IMG/VR virus record: IMGVR_UViG_3300040801_001103
Location: 10-64,009 of that record
Length of the DNA: 64,000 nt
Strand: one strand, 5' to 3'
Source of the DNA: a virus
Lineage: Duplodnaviria > Caudoviricetes
Both the position numbers and the translations under genes were made by a program. This document shows, piece by piece, positions 9,642 through 18,887 of the stretch (the stretch's first letter is position 1; each line of letters starts with the position of its first letter). The notes under the pieces are model-generated. The model was given only the letters and a program-made list of their open reading frames with translations. It had not been told where the DNA came from and searched no databases.

Positions 9642-10218
9642 GTATTCCTCTTATTTTAGTGAGTGTGTCGGCTGCTAGAGCCTGTGTGATAATTTCTTTA
9701 CTGTTGTGCTTGACTATACCAAACAAATGCATCTGGAGTTCATCAAGCTTTTCGATATTTTCATTTTTCATGTCATTAAAATTCATGGTAAAAATATCTG
9801 GCTGTGATTGCCACTTGGCAATGTCCTTGAATTTATGGATATATTCTTCACCAAAACAAAATAGATTGGGTCTGCCAGTGGCCTTTGACCATCGATCAAA
9901 GCTTCGAATGCTTTCAGTTATGTTACGGACTAGCAATACCTTTTTGAAGTCACTGAATAGTTCGCAATTTTCTGGAGTGTAAGGGCTGTGCGTTACAGCA
10001 AACTGACCATGCTCCACTAATTGTATTGACTTCTTGATGGGCATCTCGAAAGTGTATCGCTGAGGATAAATTCTACCGTAGGGCAATCTGTATGCATCGT
10101 ATTGCGAGTATGCTTTCTCAGACAAGTGCAAGTAAGGTTGCTGGATACCCATGAGTCTGAATATCTCGCTGCACAAATAGGTGCCTGACTTGGGCTGCGA
10201 AATAATCAGATATTTCAT
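9622..10218 (-). CDS. Sulfotransferase-family protein
   Basis: 5'-PSB loop ISQPKSGT; LLVRN..ES..S 3'-PB-like motif. Confidence 0.7.
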   Translation of the reverse strand: MKYLIISQPKSGTYLCSEIFRLMGIQQPYLHLSEKAYSQYDAYRLPYGRIYPQRYTFEMPIKKSIQLVEHGQFAVTHSPYTPENCELFSDFKKVLLVRNITESIRSFDRWSKATGRPNLFCFGEEYIHKFKDIAKWQSQPDIFTMNFNDMKNENIEKLDELQMHLFGIVKHNSKEIITQALAADTLTKIRGIHERKTN

Positions 10219-10868
10219 GAAGCAAGCTTGATTGACTCCATGGCTTGTGATGCCTTTTCACTGTCACCGTACCACAGCACCAGAATGTTGTTATCAGTCT
10301 TGTTGGTGGCATGCGGAAGTGTCAGGTACTCAAACTGTAAACCTGTTTCCTCTGCATACCAAGCAAACTCTGATCGGTATGCTTGTTCGCTGTGCCCCTG
10401 GATGTCTTCAATGATGTACAGTCCATCGTCAGCCAGCATGTGAACACTGTGAGCAAACAATGTGGTGGCGGCTTCCAGTGTGTGTAACCCATCGTCAATG
10501 ATGACGTCAAACACCACGTCTTCGTCAAACTGGTCCCACATGTCCAGCACATCAAGCTCGTTGGTCTGATCCAACTCAAAGGTTTTGATGCGCTCTTCTT
10601 CAAACAGAATGTCTCGATCAATGTCAGCACCGTATACTTCTGCTACAGTGAACCAATCACGCCAGCCTCGCAAGCTTCCGCCTGGCGTGTACTCAGGCTT
10701 CATGGCGCTCTGGAATTTGGTGTTGTTGGTGCCAATACCCACTTCCAAAACCTTGGCGGCAGTCTCGCGATATTGTTCCAGTAGCTGAGAATATGTGATG
10801 GTGTAGTTGTGCCAATCATCACCTTTGTCGCTGCCGTGTTCTTTCATCAATTTACATAGTTCAGTCAT
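10215..10868 (-). CDS. SAM-dependent methyltransferase, sugar O-methyltransferase-like (MycE/TylE type)
   Basis: HGSDKG..HNY, VLEVGIG, GADID, DVIIDDGLH, LYIIED. Confidence 0.8.
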   Translation of the reverse strand: MTELCKLMKEHGSDKGDDWHNYTITYSQLLEQYRETAAKVLEVGIGTNNTKFQSAMKPEYTPGGSLRGWRDWFTVAEVYGADIDRDILFEEERIKTFELDQTNELDVLDMWDQFDEDVVFDVIIDDGLHTLEAATTLFAHSVHMLADDGLYIIEDIQGHSEQAYRSEFAWYAEETGLQFEYLTLPHATNKTDNNILVLWYGDSEKASQAMESIKLAS

Positions 10869-11472
10869 GGTCTTTTCCTAGTGTGTCCAGTATTGTTGTG
10901 TCAAATTTCACGTTGAGCACTGGTTTGTTTATCCAGTTGTATTTTCGCGTGTATGGATTTTGCTTGGGGAAATCTTCTAAAGCTTGTATCTTTCCTGGAT
11001 ATCGATTGTACGTGGTTACCAGAAACAGATAGTTGGCGCCCAGAACATCAGTCTGCTCATCAAAGAATTCTTGACTGGCATCAATGTCGTATGTACGGGT
11101 CTCACCATAATGATGATTGTGACTGTTAGCTGGGCTCTTGAGCCAGGCTGTCCAGCTATACGCTTGTGCAGCAAAGTCACGACGATACAGATATTCCACA
11201 TCACACACTTCAGCTATGCGGTCCATGATGGCAGCATCCCATAAAATGTGATCACCCATGAGCTTGAAAAACGTGGGCTTCTTGCTAATACGATCAATCA
11301 AGCCATCCACGTGGTCCATGTTTTGCTTGAGTATGTTTTCTCTGGTGGGCAGGATGCCTCGTTTGTCACCAAACAGTTCCCATCCATTAGCCATGCCCTT
11401 GCGCCCAGAGCGAATGGTGTTGGTGCTGCCCACTCGATAATTGCATACTAGACACAGAGACTTCTTCATCAT
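10861..11472 (-). CDS. Stf0-like sulfotransferase-family protein
   Basis: YRVGSTN loop and LYRRDFAAQAYSW motif. Confidence 0.6.
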   Translation of the reverse strand: MMKKSLCLVCNYRVGSTNTIRSGRKGMANGWELFGDKRGILPTRENILKQNMDHVDGLIDRISKKPTFFKLMGDHILWDAAIMDRIAEVCDVEYLYRRDFAAQAYSWTAWLKSPANSHNHHYGETRTYDIDASQEFFDEQTDVLGANYLFLVTTYNRYPGKIQALEDFPKQNPYTRKYNWINKPVLNVKFDTTILDTLGKDHD

Positions 11473-12002
11473 CCTGCCTTGGGCTTCACGTAAAAGAAGC
11501 CACGTTGTAGTTTCTCATCAAACGAACTTTCCACGATGGTAAATCTTTCAGCTATCTTGGCTTCCCACCATGCAAACGGTTCTACAATCAGGTGTGCGTT
11601 ACGACCATCTGGCAAGATGGCTGCTGCTGGACGAGTGCTCACAGTGTAGTAGCCACCCTTGAGTGTGCATCGTTTGAGATCATCCAGCACATTGTCAATG
11701 AACTCTGGCTCGATGTGTTCTAACACATCAATGCTCACCACGTAGTTGTGTGGTGTGTTGTTCTCTCGGGTGCCTGCTCTGCCGGGCTCATACTCAGTAA
11801 CTGTGAACTGCTTGGGATAACGACGCTTGAGGGCTTGTGTGAGACCACCTCGCCCTGCCCCGTAGTCCAAGAGCTTGTTTTCGTTGAGCTCCTGTGCATG
11901 CTTCACAATGACGTCCACATACTTCTCAGCCGTGTGACCCCATGCGCTGCGCTTGTGCTGCTGGGCCAGCTGGTCCTGATAGTTTTCTGAGATGAGAGTC
12001 AT
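11469..12002 (-). CDS. Class I SAM-dependent methyltransferase (paralog 3)
   Basis: LLDYGAGRG, YEPG, DVLEHIEPE, LPDGRNAHLI. Confidence 0.9.
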   Translation of the reverse strand: MTLISENYQDQLAQQHKRSAWGHTAEKYVDVIVKHAQELNENKLLDYGAGRGGLTQALKRRYPKQFTVTEYEPGRAGTRENNTPHNYVVSIDVLEHIEPEFIDNVLDDLKRCTLKGGYYTVSTRPAAAILPDGRNAHLIVEPFAWWEAKIAERFTIVESSFDEKLQRGFFYVKPKAG

Positions 12003-12538
12003 TATTCCTCCAAAGGCTTCACGAAGAAGAAACCACGTTGCGCACTGTTGCTAAAATCTTCTTCCACGATAGTAAATCGTTTCTGGATGTGCTCCTTCCA
12101 CCACGCAAAGGGCTTGATGATCAAATGCGCATTGCGACCATCTGGTAGCTTTTGTCCTGCTGCTCGTGTGCTCACAGTAAAGTATCCACCTTTGAGAGTT
12201 ACGCGCTTCAAGTCATCTAACACGTTGTCCAGCAAGTCAGGCTCAATGTGTTCCAACACATCAATGCTCACCACGTAGTTGTGTGGAGTGTTATTGTGCA
12301 TCAAGTCGTCCCTGCTGGGCTCATACTCAGTGACTGTGAACTCTCCCGGAAAGCGTTCCTGTAATACTCTGCTCAGACCACAACCACCTGATCCATAATC
12401 AAGCAGCGTATTTTCGCCCAATTCAAGAGCATGCTGCACAATAAAGTCCACATACTGCGCGGCTGCAGGATCTTTCCACCCACCAGTGTCATGCTTGGCT
12501 GCTAGTAGTGCTCGGTATTCCTCTGTAAGTAAAGTCAT
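12002..12538 (-). CDS. Class I SAM-dependent methyltransferase (paralog 2)
   Basis: LLDYGSGGC, DVLEHIEPD, LPDGRNAHLI. Confidence 0.9.
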   Translation of the reverse strand: MTLLTEEYRALLAAKHDTGGWKDPAAAQYVDFIVQHALELGENTLLDYGSGGCGLSRVLQERFPGEFTVTEYEPSRDDLMHNNTPHNYVVSIDVLEHIEPDLLDNVLDDLKRVTLKGGYFTVSTRAAGQKLPDGRNAHLIIKPFAWWKEHIQKRFTIVEEDFSNSAQRGFFFVKPLEE

Positions 12539-13059
12539 TTGGTAGTCACCACATACAGGCTGCGGGCACTGTTAATGTCTTTTCTTTCAACATTAAAGCG
12601 CGAAGTAATTTTGGGTTCCCACCACTCAGGTGGCTCCACAATCAGGTGAACGTTGCGGCCATCTGGTAGTGTCTTCAGTGACTCAAAGTGAGCAATCTGA
12701 AAGTATCCTGCCTTTAGCGTGACACGTTGCAGATCATCCAGGACATTTTCCAACAGTTCAGGTTCAATATGCTCAAGTACATCCACGCACACCACAAAGT
12801 CGTGAGGTGTGTTGTTGTTCTCATATCCTGCCAGGCCTGGCTCGTAGTTGGTTACCTGGTACTGACCTGGACGTTGCTTCTCTACCATCTTGCCCAGGAA
12901 GCCTCTGCCTGAACCATAGTCCAGGAAGCTGTTGGCACCGTGACGATCCACTTGCTCCAGGATGTGTTCCCAGCTACGGCTTGCTGTGTTGCCCCAATCT
13001 CCAGGCTTGTGTAGCTCCTCGAGTTGTTGGCGATAATGTTCTGATATTAACTGACTCAT
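12535..13059 (-). CDS. Class I SAM-dependent methyltransferase (paralog 1)
   Basis: FLDYGSGRG, DVLEHIEPE, LPDGRNVHLI. Confidence 0.9.
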   Translation of the reverse strand: MSQLISEHYRQQLEELHKPGDWGNTASRSWEHILEQVDRHGANSFLDYGSGRGFLGKMVEKQRPGQYQVTNYEPGLAGYENNNTPHDFVVCVDVLEHIEPELLENVLDDLQRVTLKAGYFQIAHFESLKTLPDGRNVHLIVEPPEWWEPKITSRFNVERKDINSARSLYVVTTK

Positions 13060-13068
13060 GATTTTTCC

Positions 13069-13701
13069 TTATGTTCTCCGCCGTGGCTGTATTTTGTTCA
13101 TGCCTCGCGGGTGTAGTTTCTGCATATCGCTGAATGTGTTGTTGGTGTTCTCGATACGGTAGAGCACTTCTTTCCAAATTTTATACAGTATGGGTGTGTG
13201 CTCCTGTACTCTGTCGATTCTAGTGTATAAATTTTCCACCATGTCGCCGTGCTTGAGTGCAAATGTGCGTATGCCATCCCAGGCATCTTTTGACGCAGTT
13301 GTGGCCGCATCAGGTTTCAGAGCAGGGTTCACCACAATGTTTTTGTATGTGTCCATGAGCTTGATGTGGTTTACCACAGTGCTGATCAGGATGGCATTGC
13401 TGCGCTCTACTGGTGTGCGTCCCACATCTGCATAGGTGTCAGTGATGCTCACCAACCAACGAGTATTAAAACTGTTGATGATATCCAAGTGGTGCTCATT
13501 CATGTATTCATGAAATGCTTTGCTGTCGTTTTCCCAGTCGATGTTGCGGCGCAAACAAACTATCAAGTGATACAACGGGCGATGGTCAATGCTTGATGGC
13601 CGATACATCTCCTTGGGGCGCACTGCTCCACCCACGTGCTGTAGAGCGGCATCTTTACGTTGCTTGATTTCTTCTGGCGTTAAAGTTGGGCTGTTTGACA
13701 T
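13069..13701 (-). CDS. Hypothetical protein
   Basis: Start re-assigned to MSNSP; conserved-looking RWLVSITDTYAD segment. Confidence 0.65.
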   Translation of the reverse strand: MSNSPTLTPEEIKQRKDAALQHVGGAVRPKEMYRPSSIDHRPLYHLIVCLRRNIDWENDSKAFHEYMNEHHLDIINSFNTRWLVSITDTYADVGRTPVERSNAILISTVVNHIKLMDTYKNIVVNPALKPDAATTASKDAWDGIRTFALKHGDMVENLYTRIDRVQEHTPILYKIWKEVLYRIENTNNTFSDMQKLHPRGMNKIQPRRRT

Positions 13702-14357
13702 GTGGCTTGTATCTCGTCTACTTCGGCTGGGTTCTTGGCAAATACTTTTGCCCAAAACTCAGCATCGATTATATGGTTTATTATTTTGATCTGTTCATCA
13801 TTCATGCGCACCATGAGCTCTCTTCCGGATTCACTGAGATAAATCACCCAGGGAGAAATCTTGGCTGCACGTATATCATGAACGGCTCTGTTAGTACTTA
13901 TCTCCTGAAAATATGTGTTCCAAGCATTACCGGTGTCAGCCTCCCACTCGGCAAGATACAGAATGGTTCTCTCGAGGGCTTTAAGCCCTGGCTCCTTCAT
14001 GACATATTCCATCATGAATTTATCATATGTTTTGTCCTTGGGCCAGTCGTCTAGTTTGACACCGTTGCGTATCAACCACTCAGCAAACTTCTCTGGATAC
14101 AGGTACTCGTTAACCATGCAGGCTCTGCCGAACTTCACAAAGCCAGTATAGTACTGACTGCGGATAAAGTCCTCCATGCTCTTGGGTTTGCCGTTTGTGG
14201 TGTACTCATGAAACATGTGAAACACACGATGCGCCAAACGCACATGCGTCATGTCTTTGTCGGCCCAGCGTCGTTTCTTGACGCACATATGAGTTATCAG
14301 AGTGCGCTCACTCTTGAATGTCTTGTTACACCATTTGCAAGTGGTATCCTCAGCCAT
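13680..14357 (-). CDS. Conserved jumbo-phage protein with N-terminal zinc finger
   Basis: Start re-assigned to MAEDTTC; CKWC...HMC motif; KISPW motif. Confidence 0.7.
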   Translation of the reverse strand: MAEDTTCKWCNKTFKSERTLITHMCVKKRRWADKDMTHVRLAHRVFHMFHEYTTNGKPKSMEDFIRSQYYTGFVKFGRACMVNEYLYPEKFAEWLIRNGVKLDDWPKDKTYDKFMMEYVMKEPGLKALERTILYLAEWEADTGNAWNTYFQEISTNRAVHDIRAAKISPWVIYLSESGRELMVRMNDEQIKIINHIIDAEFWAKVFAKNPAEVDEIQATCQTAQL

Positions 14358-14484
14358 ATGTATACGACAAGACCATGGCCATGGCACCCAACACCATGGC
14401 CACAATGCCCATGCCAATTAGAAACCCAGCCACACTCTCGCGCAACACATGGCGCCAGCTTGTGAAGTCATCTTCTGATTTCAT
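14350..14484 (-). CDS. Small membrane protein (44 aa)
   Basis: Manual: MKSEDDFTSWRHVLRESVAGFLIGMGIVAMVLGAMAMVLSYTYG; ATGA overlap with upstream gene. Confidence 0.55.
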   Translation of the reverse strand: MKSEDDFTSWRHVLRESVAGFLIGMGIVAMVLGAMAMVLSYTYG

Positions 14485-14942
14485 TTGAAAATCTCCTTGA
14501 TCTGTTTGGCATCCATGCCAGTGCTGCGAGCCATTTCCTTGAGATCGTCTTTGCTGTTGAGCTTGAGCATGAGTTCGATCTCGTCTCGCTTGGCTAGTGG
14601 ATACTGACTGTACAGAAACTCTGATACTTTGTCCTTGCGCTTGCGGGCTGTGGGTGGTTTCAGATAGTTATGAGTTTCCACCTTGCCTTTGCCCACTGCT
14701 GTCAACAGCAACCACTGTAGCTCAGGGTGCTTGCTGATCTCAGCAAAATGTTCGTTCACCATGAGATTGGTAAAGTACAAATAATGCTTGTCGTGTTTTC
14801 CTTGCACTGTGCTCACATAGCGCAACAACAACCAAGCGTTGAAACTCTTCTTGCGCTCAGGACTCAAGCGATCATACCAGCCACGATCCTTCTTGTCGAT
14901 TGCCGGCAGTATTTCTTTTAAGGGTATCTGCTCTTTAGCCAC
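14481..14942 (-). CDS. Putative clamp-loader small subunit (gp62-like) or conserved hypothetical
   Basis: Size and F..W.L.RY.S...N...HP.LQW pattern reminiscent of gp62-like proteins. Confidence 0.45.
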   Translation of the reverse strand: MAKEQIPLKEILPAIDKKDRGWYDRLSPERKKSFNAWLLLRYVSTVQGKHDKHYLYFTNLMVNEHFAEISKHPELQWLLLTAVGKGKVETHNYLKPPTARKRKDKVSEFLYSQYPLAKRDEIELMLKLNSKDDLKEMARSTGMDAKQIKEIFK

Positions 14943-15189
14943 GTGGTAGTTCTACCCGCATGCCGTTTGTGTACCAATCAGGTGTTGCGCTGGGCTCTGC
15001 TGCGTCGGTTACTCCTGGCAAACCCATGGCTTCTTTCAGGCAGTCCATGTAATCAGCATGCCAGCCAGTGTTGCCCATTTCAGGCAGTTCCCAGTTCAGT
15101 ATCCAGTTCTTGCTCTCAGGGCATTGTATTGCTACTGCTTTGTGCTGAATTACCCAGTCCAGCATTTCACTTTCAGGCGTTGTCATCAT
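14935..15189 (-). CDS. Hypothetical protein
   Basis: GGAG SD, overlapping operon geometry. Confidence 0.6.
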   Translation of the reverse strand: MMTTPESEMLDWVIQHKAVAIQCPESKNWILNWELPEMGNTGWHADYMDCLKEAMGLPGVTDAAEPSATPDWYTNGMRVELPRG

Positions 15190-15502
15190 ATTCTCCGTAA
15201 TTGATATTTAACCAATCAGTGTCCTGGGCCATGACAGAAACCAGTTCATGCTCAGTAAATTTTGATAATACACCAGTGTTGTGCATTCCGCGTATGCCGT
15301 AGTTCTCTGGGTGCACCGTGTATCGTGAACCACTGTACCCCTCAAACACCAGCATGCCGTCCTGTTCGTATGCTCGAGTGATTCCAGAATTCATGCGCCA
15401 GCTATCACCATCCAGGTAACCACCGCTCCAGCCACCAAACACTTTGTATCCGGCGCCATGTATTTTGAGTACTACCCAGTTATGCGGTGTGTATTCACTC
15501 AT
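15173..15502 (-). CDS. Conserved phage hypothetical protein
   Basis: YKVFGGWSGGYLDGDSWRMNSGI motif. Confidence 0.7.
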   Translation of the reverse strand: MSEYTPHNWVVLKIHGAGYKVFGGWSGGYLDGDSWRMNSGITRAYEQDGMLVFEGYSGSRYTVHPENYGIRGMHNTGVLSKFTEHELVSVMAQDTDWLNINYGEYDDNA

Positions 15503-15857
15503 CTATATCCTCCCAGGTTGCATCCGCAGTAAAGCGAAAGCTTCCAATATGTTCTCTGTCCCATTCATGCGGCTCAATCAAGCTCAGCATATATCGATCT
15601 CGTATGCTGTATAAATGATACACCTTACCCACTTTGGGTAAAAAGCTATAATCAGCATTATACACTAGGGCCGTCTTCTGTGCAAGCGATTCCAAGCGAT
15701 CAATCTCTGCCTGCAATGCTCTGGCTTTTTCAGTGAAGTAATTCTGAGCCTGGGTTCCCCGGTCGCTATGAAACTTATCTCGATCAGGAATCTCCATGGG
15801 CGGGGCACTGGGGCTCACCCCGTAAGGCAACAAGCTGTTGGGCTTGTCCTCACTCAC
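15495..15857 (-). CDS. DUF2452-like protein
   Basis: LPYG..., coiled coil, F.PKVGKVYHLY...LSLIEP.EW. Confidence 0.6.
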   Translation of the reverse strand: MSEDKPNSLLPYGVSPSAPPMEIPDRDKFHSDRGTQAQNYFTEKARALQAEIDRLESLAQKTALVYNADYSFLPKVGKVYHLYSIRDRYMLSLIEPHEWDREHIGSFRFTADATWEDIDE

Positions 15858-16381
15858 ATCAGATCACTCAAATCAATATCACACACCTTGTTGAGCTCTT
15901 TCACAAAGTATGCGCAGCGAGGGCTGTCGCCGTCTTCAATGGGGATAGCCAATACATGACCATTCTTGAGCTTGGGGAAGTACCACTTGATGTCTTGGTA
16001 TATGTTGGTGATGCTGATGTCTTCTCCCTCGAAGTGATTGCTCTTCATGGGGTTCATGGTCACAGCCTGGAAGCCACGATTATTCAGACTGGCTAGCGGG
16101 ATGATCTCCAGCGCAGTGAAGTCGTCATCACAGATCAAGATGCTCCAGTCCATGGGCATCTGTATCTTATGACTGCCTATGTTCAGACAAATTGCTGGCG
16201 CGTAAAAACTCTCCAAGAAGATCAGGGGCAGAAAGTAGAAGTCCACCTCATCTTTGTCGCTGGCGTCTAGCACACAGTATCGCACATCATCTATTTCGTC
16301 TGGAATAGTATCCAAATCATATGGTGTGTTTTCCACTGTTAATATCTTCATTTTTGTGTCCTTATGTTTTTGGAAATCCAA
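15854..16381 (-). CDS. Conserved jumbo-phage hypothetical protein
   Basis: PLIFLESF, WYFPKLKNG; start probably MKILT (16351). Confidence 0.7.
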   Translation of the reverse strand: MDFQKHKDTKMKILTVENTPYDLDTIPDEIDDVRYCVLDASDKDEVDFYFLPLIFLESFYAPAICLNIGSHKIQMPMDWSILICDDDFTALEIIPLASLNNRGFQAVTMNPMKSNHFEGEDISITNIYQDIKWYFPKLKNGHVLAIPIEDGDSPRCAYFVKELNKVCDIDLSDLM

Positions 16382-16587
16382 TTTCGCATCTGTGTTATGT
16401 GTTCCTGTCTTATTTTATATACAACCTTGCGGCAGCTTTCGCAGTCCCCAAGCTCTTTACTCATATGGCCATAGGGAATAAATTTCTGGGGTTTGGGTTT
16501 ACTACACTCCCTACATATATCTTCACCTTCCAAGATACGTTGTGCTATCTGCATGCGCTTGCGGTCACGAAGCCATTTCCTGATCAT
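16348..16587 (-). CDS. Small zinc-finger protein
   Basis: CREC...CESC. Confidence 0.6.
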   Translation of the reverse strand: MIRKWLRDRKRMQIAQRILEGEDICRECSKPKPQKFIPYGHMSKELGDCESCRKVVYKIRQEHITQMRNWISKNIRTQK

Positions 16588-16593
16588 GATAAC

Positions 16594-16621
16594 AGTCTAG
16601 CATGTTTGACACACAATGCAA
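16594..16621 (-). promoter_or_regulatory. Sigma70-type promoter TTGCAT-N16-TAGACT
   Basis: Same TGC-TAGACT -10 as 43012 promoter; 6 nt before ATG 16587. Confidence 0.45.
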
Positions 16622-16870
16622 TCATTTTTTATCTGCTAATGCTGCGGCCAAGGCTGCCACAGTTTCAAGTGATACCTGTATGTACCGTCTGTCATTGGCT
16701 TGCATACTGTCAAGCATCCGAATATTTTCTCTTAATTGTATTACCAGACGATCATGACATTCATCACATCCGTCAATAATCGCTATCTCATCAGCCAAGT
16801 CAACACCACACCCTAGGCAGCGATTTTCCAGTTTGCGCTGAGCGCGTTCCCAATCAGATGTCGATGTCAT
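16622..16870 (-). CDS. Small zinc-finger protein
   Basis: Start re-assigned to MTSTSD (GGAG SD); CLGC...CDEC. Confidence 0.6.
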   Translation of the reverse strand: MTSTSDWERAQRKLENRCLGCGVDLADEIAIIDGCDECHDRLVIQLRENIRMLDSMQANDRRYIQVSLETVAALAAALADKK

Positions 16871-17123
16871 ATATATTGACTCCATATAATGATCCCAAGA
16901 GTCTGCCGTGATTACTCCGGAGATTCGCACTAAACACATTACTGGACAGCAAACGTTCCACAATATTGCTGACTGTGGTTGGGCCTGGGTAATCACACAT
17001 CTTGTCTACCAGCTTAAAAATTTCTGTGCAAGCCATTGTGTGACCGTTTGAGTCCCGACAGCCGCAACACAGTTTGCCACCCAGTTTAATTTGCGCCATT
17101 TCCCATTTTTCATCTTCTGTCAT
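16854..17123 (-). CDS. Small Cys/His-rich protein
   Basis: CCGC...GHTMAC; ATGA overlap. Confidence 0.6.
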   Translation of the reverse strand: MTEDEKWEMAQIKLGGKLCCGCRDSNGHTMACTEIFKLVDKMCDYPGPTTVSNIVERLLSSNVFSANLRSNHGRLLGSLYGVNIYDIDI

Positions 17124-17365
17124 GTGAACTTTATGAAACCTCCGAAGCCAATGTCTGTTTCATCTGGGAAGGACATTATGATAGCCTCCCCAGTGTTCCT
17201 GTAATATGGGCCGTTAGTGTCACGAGTGTTGTAGAAGTTGCACAGGCGTTCCTCCACATCACCGCCCATGTACTCCGCTGTGACATCACACTCCAAAGTG
17301 TGCACACCGTCTGGCTTGCCACAGCATGCACAAGGGCCCGCTGGCTTTCTGGGAAGCCCTGCCAT
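17120..17365 (-). CDS. Small Cys/His-rich protein
   Basis: CACC...HTLEC; TAATG overlap with uvsW. Confidence 0.6.
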   Translation of the reverse strand: MAGLPRKPAGPCACCGKPDGVHTLECDVTAEYMGGDVEERLCNFYNTRDTNGPYYRNTGEAIIMSFPDETDIGFGGFIKFT

Positions 17366-18816
17366 TAATACTTGACCTTGGTTACTGTAAACGGAAACTT
17401 CTGCTCCTTGTAGAACTTCTTGCGCTTGGTCAGGTGTCGCTTGCTGTACTTGGTAGCACCGCAGATATCAATCACATCCACATAGTCCTTGTCTTCGGCT
17501 TTACGGATGCCTCGGCCAATACTCTGGATCACACGGATGAAACTCTTGCCGGGCTCAAGCATGGCCAGGTTGAAGATGCGGGGTATGTTCAAGCCCACAG
17601 CCGCCACGCCATATGTTGCCACGATGACCTTGTTGTCGCTGTCACTGATGCTGTCGTATTGTTCTTGTCGGTCTGCCTGCTTGGTTGCCCCGCTCACAAA
17701 CTCCCAGTCTGGGTTCCACTCAGCTAGCATGTCTCCTGTGGCAATGCGGTCAATCAACAACAGGGTGTTACCGTTTTGCGCATACTGATTCACGATGTCG
17801 CTCAGGGCTCTGAGTCTGCCCTGGTCTGTGGTCAACCACTTGAGCTCTTCCTGATAATTCTTGAACTCGCGTACCACGTCTTGTAGTTGCAACACACTGA
17901 TGTCTAGCCGGGCTAACACCCCCATGTCTTGTAGCTCTGCGCTTGTGAGCGCTCCCTCACATGGACCCAGCGTAGCCAGTAGCTTGAGCTTCTCATGTTC
18001 TTCTTCTGGTAGGGTGCCCGTGAGACCCCAGCGTATGGGCACGTTGGCGAACGGGCCTGTCAGAAGCTCCATGAGCACGTCTGCTTTGGCTTTGTGTACC
18101 TCGTCCACCATGATGCAAACCACGTTGTCCAGGAACACGTCAATGTCGATGGGGGCTTCCCCAGCCTTGGTCTTCTTGCGCATGACTTCCAGGCTCTGCC
18201 AGGTGCAGATGGTGTGGGTGCGGTCGTAGTCTTTGCGGTCGCCATATAACACGCCCACGTTCAGCCCTAGATTGATGTAGTCCTTCTCTGTCTGTACCAC
18301 CAGATCCTTGTTGGGCACGATTACAATGGTGCGCCCTATCTTCTCACATCGCTCTGACAGGGCGGCTGTGACTATGGTCTTACCAGCACCAGTAGCCATG
18401 ACCTGCACACTCTGTGGGTTCTCCAGGAAGTTGTTGATGGCTGTGACCTGATAGTCACGCAGCATGATGGGCTGCCCTGCAAAACGATGTTTGGGTGGCC
18501 ACATGATGTGGCTGAAGCTGTCTTCTTGAACAGCGTCCAGGGACAGGTCCCATTTCTGTCGCCGATCCACAACCTCCAGCTCATAGTCTGCATCCATTAC
18601 AATGGGCAGTAATTGATCCAACAGGTGGAAGTATGTACGCCCACCCACATCACACAGGCTGCTCATGCCGTTCCAGCGTCCCAGCTTGTAAGCAGGAGTG
18701 AACTTGGCATGTGGCAGGAAGAACTCCACTGCGCTGGTGAGCTTGCGTCTGGTGCCAGCGTCCAGTCCTTGGAAGCGAACGTTTACTTCGTCTGAAATCT
18801 CTAATACACAGTTCAT
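17365..18816 (-). CDS. uvsW: UvsW-like superfamily 2 DNA helicase
   Basis: LRDYQ Q-motif, ATGAGKT, DEVH, LTGT, QSIGRGIR. Confidence 0.92.
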   Translation of the reverse strand: MNCVLEISDEVNVRFQGLDAGTRRKLTSAVEFFLPHAKFTPAYKLGRWNGMSSLCDVGGRTYFHLLDQLLPIVMDADYELEVVDRRQKWDLSLDAVQEDSFSHIMWPPKHRFAGQPIMLRDYQVTAINNFLENPQSVQVMATGAGKTIVTAALSERCEKIGRTIVIVPNKDLVVQTEKDYINLGLNVGVLYGDRKDYDRTHTICTWQSLEVMRKKTKAGEAPIDIDVFLDNVVCIMVDEVHKAKADVLMELLTGPFANVPIRWGLTGTLPEEEHEKLKLLATLGPCEGALTSAELQDMGVLARLDISVLQLQDVVREFKNYQEELKWLTTDQGRLRALSDIVNQYAQNGNTLLLIDRIATGDMLAEWNPDWEFVSGATKQADRQEQYDSISDSDNKVIVATYGVAAVGLNIPRIFNLAMLEPGKSFIRVIQSIGRGIRKAEDKDYVDVIDICGATKYSKRHLTKRKKFYKEQKFPFTVTKVKY

Positions 18817-18834
18817 TCTTTTCCTTTATATATG

Positions 18835-18865
18835 AAAAACTCCCCGGGGCATTTGCCCCAGGGAG
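18835..18865 (-). terminator. Rho-independent terminator
   Basis: GC stem CTCCCCGGGGC/GCCCCAGGGAG then U-run on minus strand, after AAA gene. Confidence 0.75.
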
Positions 18866-18887
18866 GGAAGCTCGCTAGAGGTGGGAG

